Assembly: GCA_012026655.1 (NCBI GenBank)
Contig: JAAILG010000029.1
Coordinates: 124,001-188,000 of the forward strand
Reading direction: 5' to 3'
Length of the DNA stretch: 64,000 nucleotides
Source: Hydrolagus affinis
Lineage: Eukaryota
Translations under genes and position numbers: made by a program
Notes under the pieces: generated by a model
Seen by the model: only the letters and a program-made list of their open reading frames with translations
Database searches by the model: none
Told to the model about the DNA's origin: nothing
Shown here: positions 12,701 through 23,084 of the stretch, one piece after another
Layout of the letters: the number at the start of each line of letters is the position of its first letter
Numbering within the stretch: position 1 is the first letter of the stretch

Positions 12701-15700
12701 GAACATTTTCAAGGCTGAGACTGATAGATTTTAAAAAAATAGAGGGATTAGGGGATATGGGGAAGGGCAGGTAATTAGAGTTAGGTGAGAAGATCAGCCA
12801 TGATCTTGTTGAATGGCGGAGCAGGCTTAAAGGGCTGAATGGCTTACTCCTGCTCCTAATTCTTATGTTCTTAATTAGGGGGAAAATATTTCTTAATGTT
12901 TCAGAAATGAGAGGTGGTAAATTATGCAACATACAAAACATCAAGTCATACCTGTCCTGAATAGTTTGCATGCAAACTATTTGCATACACATATAATTTT
13001 TAGCACAGATACATTGCTCAAGGAATTTATTTTGCCATCTAGTGGCAACTAGTTACAACTGCACTGGACAGTGTTCAGATGAGCAGTGATCTTTAATCTG
13101 AGACCACTTGCAATGTCCGCCCTCATACTCTGGTGAACATCAGTTAACTCAGCCACAACCAACAAACAAAACTGGGACCTTCCCGGTCCATATAAGATCA
13201 GGAATACTCCTGACGGTTCATTGAATCAATTACAAGAAAGTGAAACGCTAACACTTTAAAAATTCTGGTTTTCAGATCAGTTGTTATAATGAATAGTGTT
13301 TGTTCCATTCAGTGTTAGTTTCATTCACTGATAATTGAAAATATCCAATTTTGTTACCTTTAGTGGAGCCTTGGCACAGATACATTGCTTAAGGAATTTA
13401 TTTTGCCATCTAGTGGCAACTAGGTACAACTGCACTGGAACAGTATTGTGGATATTCTCACCTAAGTCTCTTCGCATTTGATAAAGGACCCATAAACATG
13501 AAACGTCCCAAAGCCCTTCACAGTTAATTGTTGCCAAGCATAATGACTCTAGTCCTCTAGTACCAGCGCTCATTTGTTGCCATGCAAACTATTGTAGGCA
13601 AATAGGGCAGTAACGTTTTTGCTTGAGAACGTAATGCCAATAAATAAATGCTTGTGGTTACAGGGGTTGGGAACCAATGAAAGTATACTCAGTGAAATAC
13701 TCTGCTCCAGGACAAATGAGGAACTTCATAGCATTGCAAAAGCATACAAAGAAGGTAAGTCACAAGAGAAGAAGGCTGATTTCCAGTATTTTTAACTCAT
13801 ACTGCTAAATGGTGAGGATATTCAAAGAAGTGTCATTAATTGCCAGACACCATTTCTCAGGCAGTTTCTGCCTCTGTCACGAATTGCACTTCGGTAACCA
13901 GAGGTTTCAACTTTGAAGAGAGGTTTGAGAAGCAAAGACTTTTTTTTTAAAGTGTGGAGCTGAGAAAGTTATGGGGTTGCCATGATCTTGGGCTTTAAGA
14001 TTATGAAGGACTCCGATTACTTAAGTAATAATATGGTATTTCCACCAGTCGTTGAGTCAGTAATGAGAAGACACAATTTTGAGAAAATCACAGAAGGTGG
14101 TGGTGGGGGGATTAGAAAATATCTTTGCACAGAGTTTGGATAGAATGTGCAGTCAACTGCAGGTGCTATGCTAAACTTTAGGTAGACCATTCAAGCAGTT
14201 GGCTATAGGTTGAAAGAATTTTATTTTTACTTTGTGTAGAATACCACTGATACCGCATTTTGGGCTACTGTGGTTTGTTGTCTTCACATTAAACGCTGTG
14301 CAATTTTTTCTGTAACCCATTATCTGTGCAGCTCACAAGAATGATCTGGAGAGCGCCATTAAGAATGATAATTCTGGTCTTTTCCGCGATCTTTTGCTTG
14401 CTGCAGCAAAGGTACTGTTTCTAACAAATTCTCGAACTCTTCAGCGATTTTGTGAATTCACGTGTGTGTCTTTGTCTTTTAATGAATACGGTGCAGAGTT
14501 CCCTCTTAGAGTGATGCATTTCACCCCTAATACTTTCATGCATTTAACATTTGTTAAAAGCTACTATTAATCAATGCTGGGAAACAACAGGAGAATGGGA
14601 TGGGAGTGCTTATCTTATTGGAGGAGCTAGTACCAGCATAGAGATATATACAATGGGCCAAATGGCCTCTGTCTATGTGGTAAATGTTCTATGAAACTGT
14701 GCTCATTACCTGTCATCCCAATGCCTTGTAGTGCGTGAAAAATTGTCACCCATTGGACTGGTTTGCTGGAACCTACCTAAATCCTGAAACAAGCTTAGGG
14801 GAAGTAGTACACACACTGTCTCATTCATTCATAACCTCATTGAAATTAAATGACATTGAATGGCAGCCAACAGCCAATTCCAGTCCTCCTTTAGAGAGGC
14901 TTACAATTCATTACAGATTTTTTTCTAAACCCCAGAAGAGGGATGGATAAGAACAACTGAAATATTGCCATTTTTTATGTTTATGGAGATTACAGATTGT
15001 CGAGGCAAATTATAATAATAAATAATGGTGATAATAATCCTCTCATTTGATCTAGCGCCTTGTCATGTCCTCGAGAGCCTCAAAGTACTTCACAGAGTAT
15101 ACTGTAAAGTGTTAATAGACTGTACTAAGGTGTTTGGTCAGTAGCTAAGTCATGTGGAAATGGAATCAATAATCTTCTGAGTGATGGTTTGAGTGGTTCC
15201 AGACATGCCCAACATTCAGGCAGCAGCATGCTACACTGGAGCTGAATGGTATTCATGAGGCAAAACTAAACTGTTCAGGGGGAATGTTTAGTTGGACCGG
15301 ACCCAAAGAAGTGCATATTTCACAGTAAAACAATGCTGTTTGCATTTTGATTCTAAGATAGCTTTAACAAAGACACCAAATTAAGGTTTGGTATAGTTAT
15401 AAAATCTGTAGAAATGAAGTCCTGTAGCTCAGTGGTTAGAGCACTCACCTCGCAAGGGACCGACCTGGGTTCAATTGCTGACAGGGCGAAATGTTGGACA
15501 AGTTTCCTTACTCCACATGCCTCTGGTTACCTAGCAGTAAGTGGGAACCCGTTGATTGGTGGATTGCTTTTCGTGGATTAGGGGCAATAATTCCTTCAAA
15601 AAAATTATAATAATTCTTGCCTTTAATATAGTGCATTACAAGTCTTCTAGATGTCTCAAAGCGCCTCACACAAAATACTACAAACTGAACCGATTGTATA

Positions 15701-18700
15701 TTTTATGGGCAAAACAAATTAGATCAAAATGACAGGCACGTAGGAATAGAATTGCAATGGAGCGAGGCAGTACTGATATATTTTGTTGCAACATCACCCT
15801 GAGGTACAGAGTGAGTATTACAACTGAAATTGTACCATTATATATACTGTATTACATTGCAATTTATCTTACTCTGCAGGGCGTCCGATGTGAACCCAGC
15901 AATGTGGTGGATTATGAACAGATTGACCGAGATGCAAAGGTATGTGCCTTCTTTGCAGGTACTTAGCTGGGAAAATAATTTAAATCATGCTATTTGTGTC
16001 ACTCCTAGCGTTGATTCTAGCACGCTTAAAACAGACTACACCAACAAAATGAATGGGAGAAAAAAATTAATATTAGCAAAACTTATTGAAATACAGTAAT
16101 CCACTATCTCAGACGGAGAAACTCACTGAGTTGCATTTGGCTCAGATCTGTCTGCAAATTTCATATTATTGTTCTGTTTATTTAAACCCCAGCATGAGTC
16201 TTCCTTTGGGAGAGGGAAGAATAGGGGTGAGGGGAATTGGAACAACAAGGAAAGCCTTTCTCCAATGCTGTACTTGTTTGGCAACACCCGTAAATCTGCA
16301 GGAATCGCATCATTCTAAGAATTTGTTCTGACAGAGAAATCCTGCTTGTTTCTCCTCAGGACCTTCACGATGCTATGACTAAGAAAAAGGAAAAGGACTT
16401 TTCCAGGTGGATCAACATCTTGACCGAGAGAAGCATTCCACACCTCGACAAAGGTTAGAGAATGGCTGAGGCCAATGTGGTCTACTATAAAACTTCTGCA
16501 ACCAGCCTTGGCACATTCTCCATTCAAACTAACACTTACTTGGCAAATAAATGCAAAGTGTTTCCATTTCATCATAAACATTCAGCTTGTGAGGACAAAT
16601 GCAATCATTCTCTTTTGAGTTTCCAAAGAAACCCAAGTTCTTTGGAGTATGCTTGGATTTAGCATATTGCTTTGAATATTGAGGAACAACAAGCTAGCAC
16701 ATTAGGAAATCCTCTAATATTTTTAAAGCTGTGGAAAATGTACAGCAAAGCATTCTTGCTGTAAAGATTACCTAACAAATTAGTACTTTTGTTGTGATCA
16801 TTGGGTAAATTATGTTTTCCAAAGCCACTAGGAAAGGTTAAAATCGGTAATAAGGACTCTTACCTTAGTGAACGTCTCCCATTTAGTCTTTAGCCCTTCC
16901 ACTCAGTTTTGTGTTGAACATTTTATGGGTTTAAATGAAACCTAGGCATAACTTAACCCACTATTTTTGCATTGAGTGAGATAAAGTCAAGTGGCTTTTC
17001 TTTGTGTGGTTATTTCTCTCAATGTAAAAACCTAGTCTAAACCCTTAATAAGCCAATGGCTTTGCTTTCTTCTTGCATTGGTTTACTACAGTGGAGTTGG
17101 GGAAGAGGGGTAACCCATTAACCAGATAAGCAAGTGCATTACTTAACAAGTGGACAGTGCTTCCAACATAGGATATTTCACATGAATTGCTGTTACATTT
17201 AGTGACAGTCTTCAAATGAAGTTCATGCAGATCAATTGGTCAAGTGCTTCTTTCTAAGGCAGATCACATACGATCTACTATACAACTAACAACAATAATA
17301 CTTGCATTTGATGTAGCGCCTTTCATGACATGAGGTTGTTTCAAAGCACTTTGCACGATTTAAGGTGTAGTGACTATTTTGTAAGTGAATGCTGCATCCA
17401 ATTGTACACAGTAATGTCCCCCAAACAGCCATGAAGTTTTTTAACCTGCCCGTTTTATATTCTAGTTACATTGGAGTGATTTTTATGTTATTTTTTTCCC
17501 TCTGGATTAGTGTTTACTCGATACAGGACCTACAGCCCCATGGAAATCACTGAGACTATCAAAAAATGTGCTTCTGGAGATACATCAGATGGACTGACGA
17601 CTTTGGGTAAGTGGATTCTGTTATATTTCATCTCTCTTCTAATGATATTGACTTTTTTAAAATTAGTAGATAAGATTTAAAATGGGATTGAGAAAGTTTT
17701 CCCAGAACATTTCTTTCAGATACACCAAGACAGCAGAACAAGAAGGCAAAGGGTCAGAGTTGCACAGAGCAATTTGAGTACAGATATTAGGAAGTGTTTC
17801 TTTACACATAGAGTAATTCATAACTGGATCAGGTTAGCAGGTTGGGGCTAGGTTGCTGGACTGATTTAAGAAATGGCTTGATACTGTGATAGGAATTGGT
17901 AGGAATGGGGCTTCTGGAAGGATGAGATCAATTTCAAGTGGAAAACGCCTAAAAGGAAATTAATCTATTTCTGATTGTCAATGTTGACTGACTAAGTTCA
18001 AAAACAGTATATCTGAGGAAAGGATTTCTTAATAAAAAAAGTAATATAAATTTTTCATCATACAGTTGGAATATATTTGATAATGGTCTTATTGTCATCT
18101 CTCTACAGTGCAGTGCATTCAAAGCAAACACAAATATTTTGCTGATAAACTGATCGAAGCAATGAAGGTAGTGTACTGTTTTGTAACTCTTGCATGGAAT
18201 ACATATCTTTATCTCATTGAATGGAGACTAACAGACTTGTGCCATTTTTAGGGCAAAGGAACAAATGAGAAGCTTCTCACTCGGATCATGGTGTCTCGTT
18301 GTGAGATTGACCTGCTCTATATCAGGAAAGAATTCAAAAAGAAACATGGCAAATCTCTTCATTCAGCACTTATTGTAAGTTACTGTTTTATATCATGAGA
18401 TTCTGGCATTCCAACACACTGCTGCTTTCACTCCAAACAGTCTTCATTGTCTGCTGCATTTTTGCATTTAATTTAAGTACAAATAATAATAAGTATAATA
18501 GATGAAATATCTAATAATTCACATTTGTGTATCTAATAATTCACATTTGTATGTCGTATATCCAGCTGATAAATAAAAATATATAATTAGCTGATATAAT
18601 ATGAATTTAAGTTTCTTACTTGGGATGCAACAATGTTAGCTATAACCTCTTTTCTTTCTGGTCTAGGATGAGACGAAAGGAGATTATCAAAGGGCACTGC

Positions 18701-18729
18701 TGTCGGTGTGTGGAGGAGATGATGCATAA
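9728..18729 (+). CDS. ANXA2: Annexin A2 (divergent), spliced CDS of 12 exons, 1014 nt, 337 aa
   Basis: join(9728-9778,10265-10352,10984-11078,11725-11838,13664-13754,14332-14411,15880-15939,16360-16453,17511-17606,18109-18167,18252-18374,18667-18729). All introns are GT-AG and the frame is open throughout. Core exon sizes 95/114/91/80/60/94/96/59/123 match ANXA2, the protein carries [15 protein letters not shown] and CGGDD, and the gene lies just downstream of ICE2. Confidence 0.93.
10050..10140 (+). mobile_element. Penelope-like element terminal fragment in ANXA2 intron 2
   Basis: tgaccttctgagtgttcccagcaatttctgtttttatttcagattttcagcatctgcag is the reverse-complement homolog of 41995-42062. 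Family assignment is from recalled shark repeats. Confidence 0.55.
10265..10352 (+). CDS. ANXA2: ANXA2 exon 3: [29 protein letters not shown](G)
   Basis: ttttacag| ... AAAG|GTAAGT, 88 nt, ends phase 1. FDA..DA..L..AI..KG annexin motif. Confidence 0.9.
10984..11078 (+). CDS. ANXA2: ANXA2 exon 4: [32 protein letters not shown]
   Basis: 95 nt with canonical splice sites; very close to ANXA2 repeat I. Confidence 0.95.
11725..11838 (+). CDS. ANXA2: ANXA2 exon 5: [38 protein letters not shown]
   Basis: 114 nt, ttgcag| ... AAG|GTGAGT. Confidence 0.95.
11898..11972 (+). mobile_element. Short CR1 3' end
   Basis: Ends in actcctgctcctaattcttatgttctta, the same terminus as the CR1 at 12286-12873. Confidence 0.8.
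12286..12873 (+). mobile_element. 5'-truncated CR1 LINE (ORF2 C-terminus and 3' UTR)
   Basis: [20 protein letters not shown]... and [13 protein letters not shown]...[14 protein letters not shown] with one frameshift; (ttcttatg)n-type tail. Confidence 0.95.
13003..13439 (-). promoter_or_regulatory. Two 66-bp direct repeats (13003-13068, 13374-13439), each with an extended CTCF motif
   Basis: 64/66 identical. The minus strand reads TGCAGTTGT-N6-TTGCCACTAGATGGCA, i.e. upstream module plus core. Confidence 0.75.
13664..13754 (+). CDS. ANXA2: ANXA2 exon 6: [30 protein letters not shown]
   Basis: 91 nt, GxGT loop of repeat II, donor AAG|GTAAGT. Confidence 0.95.
14332..14411 (+). CDS. ANXA2: ANXA2 exon 7: (A)[26 protein letters not shown]
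   Basis: 80 nt, phase 1 to 0; keeps the repeat II cap Asp. Confidence 0.92.
15416..15604 (+). mobile_element. tRNA-SINE 5' half (long variant with CORE-like segment)
   Basis: A/B boxes, then ttggacaagtttccttactccacatgcctctggttacctagcagtaagtggg. Confidence 0.85.
15605..15715 (-). mobile_element. SINE 3' half in opposite orientation
   Basis: Reverse complement of the family tail, abutting the A-rich linker of the preceding copy. Confidence 0.75.
15880..15939 (+). CDS. ANXA2: ANXA2 exon 8: [20 protein letters not shown]
   Basis: 60 nt, ctgcag| ... AAG|GTATGT. Confidence 0.93.
16360..16453 (+). CDS. ANXA2: ANXA2 exon 9: [31 protein letters not shown]
   Basis: 94 nt; WIxIxTERSxPHL motif. Confidence 0.93.
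17290..17435 (-). mobile_element. Decayed SINE 3' half
   Basis: aataatacttgcatttgatgtagcgcctttcatgac... is the reverse of the family tail. Confidence 0.7.
17511..17606 (+). CDS. ANXA2: ANXA2 exon 10: [32 protein letters not shown]
   Basis: 96 nt, phase 1 to 1; VFxRYxxYSP motif; donor TGG|GTAAGT. Confidence 0.9.
17675..17930 (+). mobile_element. Decayed CR1 3' fragment
   Basis: cagatattaggaagtgtttctttacacatagagtaattcataactgg resembles the R.FFT.RV...W region. Confidence 0.55.
18109..18167 (+). CDS. ANXA2: ANXA2 exon 11: [20 protein letters not shown]
   Basis: 59 nt; VQCIQ...YFAD.L...MK motif. Confidence 0.93.
18252..18374 (+). CDS. ANXA2: ANXA2 exon 12: [41 protein letters not shown]
   Basis: 123 nt, after an 84-nt intron; repeat IV GKGT loop. 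Confidence 0.95.
18667..18729 (+). CDS. ANXA2: ANXA2 exon 13 coding part: [20 protein letters not shown]
   Basis: Acceptor gtctag|; TAA at 18727-18729. Confidence 0.95.
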   Translation, partial: DETKGDYQRALLSVCGGDDA

Positions 18730-19175
18730 ATGCGGAACCACAGACGTGAATTCCAATCTAGTGCATTCTTGCTTTTATCTACAAATAATTGCTACCTAAA
18801 AACTGCGCAGCAACAATATTTCGCTTTGACTACTTAACCTTTCTCATATATAGTTTGCGTAAAAGCACAGATTTCTAGAATTATAAGAAGCACAGTGTTG
18901 TGCTTGAAAATTTCACTCCCTCAGCAATCCAGGTGTACAGGTAGATCTTTGTAAAAGCCTTAATAGATCAACTGGAACTTGAAACAATGGCATTGAGCTG
19001 ACAGCATCACTGTGCTGTGCACCTGATGTTTTAGGGTAGACTACATATGCAGAATATTGTCTGATTTATTGCAGGGTGTCAGCATGCATAAAGTGTTGTG
19101 TACCCTACAGTGCTTTTGTTCTGAACAATATCCAAACTATGCCAGTAATTCAAGCAGGTTTGAGAGGTTTTTTAC

Positions 19176-19185
19176 ATTAAATAAA
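19176..19185 (+). terminator. ANXA2 polyadenylation signal (overlapping ATTAAA/AATAAA)
   Basis: About 450 nt after the stop codon and followed by a T/GT-rich stretch. Confidence 0.65.
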
Positions 19186-19309
19186 AAAATTGTAATTACT
19201 GATGTGAACTTTAAATTTTGAATGACTTTTTTACTTTGCGTCTGGAGGTGCAAGAATAATATGCAAGAGAAATGAAAACTCATCAGGAAAATATGTAAAA
19301 TTTGTATTA

Positions 19310-19859
19310 TATCAGCCTTCCCAATTCCTCCCTCCACAGGCTGCAGATAACTCTGCAGCCTGTATCCTTTTCCGTTCCAAACTCCACATCTCCCCCATCC
19401 TTGCCCCACTCCATTGGCTCCCCATCATCCAGAGGATCCAATTCAAGATCCTGGTCCTCGCATTCAAAGCCCTGCACAACCTCGCCCCACCCTACATCCG
19501 TGACCTCCTATCCCATTACCAACCTGCCCGTTGCCCTCCGTTTAGCAGATTCTGGCCTGCTCCTCTGATCCACCCGCCCAACCATTTGTGGGCGAGCCTT
19601 CAGCCACTCTGCCCCCAACCTCTGGAACTCCACCCCAAAGTCCATCCGCCTTACCACCTCACTGGCTTCCTTCAAGTTTTGCCTCAAGACCCTCCTTTTT
19701 GATGGACCCATCGGCAACTCCTTACTCCCCCACTTCTCCCCCCCCCCCCCCTCCCCCCTACCACCCCTTTCTTCAGCTCGTGTCTGAAGCAGTGACTGTC
19801 CAGAACCTTGGGATGTCCTCCTGATGTGAAAGGCGTAATACAAATGTGATTGTGTTGTT
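19310..19859 (+). mobile_element. L2 LINE 3' end
   Basis: LHWLPIIQRIQFKILVLAFKALHNLAPPYIRDLL in one frame, then a poly-C tract, the 3' segment ccttgggatgtcctcctgatgtgaaaggcg and a tgtt tail. Confidence 0.9.
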
Positions 19860-21399
19860 ACAAAAAAACATGAAGAACAGAAAGTCAGATGCTATTGACA
19901 TCATTCAGTTATATTATCAGCCATAGCCAACTTCTTCATCTCTCATGTTTGATTCGGAAGAGGTTTGTGAGCAATGATCAGAAACTCAATGGGAGCAACA
20001 CGAACACTTTTGCAGTCTCTCGAGATATCAGGCAGATTGGAAAATGGAAATGCATTTTGTTAACTACTCCAGATTAAATTTTGAAATTGCACTGACTCAC
20101 TTAAACTGCAGGTGTTTGAATAGGCCAATTTTGTTTAATCATTTGCTAAATTATACTCTTTCTGGAAAAGCAGCTGCTTTGCTAAATGTACAAGCTTGGC
20201 TTAGATGGTAGCACTCTCTGGGTAAGTTATTTTTTGGTTTAATGCTCATGGTTGAGCTGGAGCTCATCATCTTTTGTGCAGATATTTGCAGGCCAAATGT
20301 TGGCTGGATGAAATATTCTATTGACATAGCATTTCAGAGCACACAGATTTTGGCAATTTAAAAAATATATTAATGGAGAAGATTGGCAGAGTGAAATTAG
20401 AGAGCAAAATTCCTCAAGATGTAAGGTTTGTATTGGGGTTAGTTTTGTTTGGTGTTCTCCTTCCGAAAGAGCCTGTTTAGCTTAAGTTCATAATAACAGA
20501 AAGCTCTCATTTAGTTAATAAACACAAAAGATGAAAGTACGTTGTAGATTGTACATTGCTTACAGATGTCCTGACAGATAATACCTGAAGAGGAGGTGTG
20601 ACAGCTCCTAATGTGTTCCACCTGACACAATTGACACCCACATGTACTTGGAATTCCTATCTAGTAATGCCTGTTCAATTTCTAGCTCAATTGTTGGTTT
20701 ATAGATCTGTGCTATTTGTTCTGGAAAACTAGGGCCTGGAATTCTTTTTTTGTCTGACCCTTCATAGCATTGTTTCAAAATTTAAGATCATTGCAGATTT
20801 TTGGACAAATATTGAATTGGGGATTAATTTGGAAGCTGGCAGTTCATTGTGGACAATGGTGTTACACCCTGCATCCTGTTATTTTGAGTGCTTGATGTCA
20901 GTTCTGTTGATACAGCCTCTGTTATTTTTTCAATATTGTCCTCAAGTCAAGTTGGCCTTCCAAGTTTCAACATGAGTATAACTCCTGTAATGGGGCACTT
21001 CCTTGAAGTCTGTCAAAGAAATACTCTCCTCAAATCAAAGCTTGCCTGCAGCCTGTGGCGTCGCTGGGTTAACATTCATCTCATTCTGTCACAACTTCCT
21101 CCCAGTTACCACCTGTGTCTTTATTGCCTTCCAACCAGACAAAGCTTTGAAGAGCATAGATGGTTATCTCCGCCCTTTAGACAGGGATAGCAAGCAAGAG
21201 TGAAACACTGGGAAATTATCCTTGAAGACAGAATGCTTCTGCTTGATGTATAATTTGCATTCGCTGGCCATGAACTTTTGAAAACTGAACACATTGTTGT
21301 AAGTCTCTCACTTGCATTTCCTCTGGTTCAAAAACTCTGGATTTGGTCCAGAATGAAACGTTCTTTGACAAGATGCAGTTTATATTTGCTGGAAGGCCA

Positions 21400-21605
21400 T
21401 ACTGGTAGAATCAATTGAGATTAAAAGAATTTGATGGATACTTGGAAAAGAAGAGTATTAAAGGAAATATAGAACAGATAAGAAAATGGGATTAAAGCAA
21501 ATTGTCATTCTCTAATAAACTGGTGGTAGAAATTGGTGGTAGAGAATGACAAATTGTCATTTTCTAATAAACTCAATGGGCTAAATGGTTGCCTTCTGTT
21601 CTTAT
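21400..21605 (+). mobile_element. Decayed CR1 3' UTR-like fragment
   Basis: ttgatggatacttggaaaagaagagtattaaagga...aatgggctaaatggttgccttctgt. Confidence 0.45.
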
Positions 21606-23084
21606 TTACAAGAATGAATATTGTTTTCAGAATCAAGCTCATATAACAGAATTAGATGAAGGTCTGCCCAAAGTACCAGGAAAACATACATGTTTTGTGT
21701 TATGTTTCAATACCCAGGGAAATGGATGCTTCAAACATAAGCCTCCCAACTCCTTTCAGATGTGTCAGGAAAGGGATATCTCTGATGTATTGCATTCCAT
21801 CACAGAACAACAAAGAAGCAAATCTTCCTTTGCTGCTCTTCTTAATATAGAAAACAGATTGGCTTATATTTGCATATGAATCAAATCTCCCTTTCTCTCG
21901 AGACTTTGTAAAACAGCTTTGTGAAGCTGCTTTGTTTACAGCTATACAATGGGCTGTAAATCTAGAGATAGACAAATTTGGCTACTGACTACTCTTGTAC
22001 CTTCCTGTTTTCTGACAGTCAGCCCCCTCTTCAGTGCTCTTCCATGTCTAACACTTGGATGCAAGGCTAACCCTCACAAACCTGTGCATGTGTGAACAAA
22101 TACTGGTCAAAAGTTATTTTAATAGGAATTGCTCATATTTTACTCTAGCCTCAAGAAATATAATCCTAGCATGATTACTGCTTCAGTTTTAAGCAGTAAA
22201 GAATATTGTGAAAAATAGAGCTTCTTTCATTTCGCTTCCAAACACACAAATGTGGGAGTGTTTGAGGTTTTGGTAGAGTCCACGAACTGCTGCTCACTGA
22301 TCTCCTTCCAGCACTCATGAGTGTCCTTTGTACTTTTCACAAATCTTTCGTAACATCTGAAAGACAAGAGGAATGTTTGAATGGTGCCTATTTGGGTATG
22401 AGCTCCAATCTCCTCAATATTAACTCTGTTTTTTATCCCCCCAATTTTCAGATCAACAAACCTTCATGTCCAACTCATGTAAATCACTTTTAAACCAAAT
22501 ACTGTACTTGAGTGAAATTATTCTGTTAAATCCAGAGGTCTCCATTTAATAGGTTATGGCTTGACATGTCTGTTTGTACATTTACTGCCAGCTATGGTGT
22601 TTTTCCCCCCATTTTAACGCTTTTTTTCTCACCATTTCCAAGCAATTTATTTGCACCTCGGAGTGTTATTTTTTTTCCATAAGAATTCTCCTTTCTTCAG
22701 GTAAGAGGACAATAATAATCCTGTCTTAACTTTCATGTGAAAGTGAAAACCTTTCATAACTATCATGAAAACATTGACAGAAAAAGGCCAGTAAACAAAG
22801 CAAAACCCACATATATAGCCTTCAAACATTCCTTTTAAAATTATGCAATGAAACGCAGGCTATTTTTTCAGTTTGGAGGCATGGAGGAAAGAGAAAGAGT
22901 CCGACACTAAAATGTGGTGATAAAGTCTAACTTACATTTTATTTATACTCCCCACTGCATATCCTGTCAAATTGGAGCCAAACTACATCACACCAAATGG
23001 TGTTTTCCTGCTATTCTATATTCTGGTATATTCCTGGTAGATCATTTAGAACTCTGCAGCTCATGTCCACTCCCACACCAGGCT

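Noticed and set aside
20584-20612. Hammerhead-like CTGAAGA-GGAG..CTCC
   Set aside because: The stem is followed by TAAT rather than GAAA, and I could not build stems I and III.
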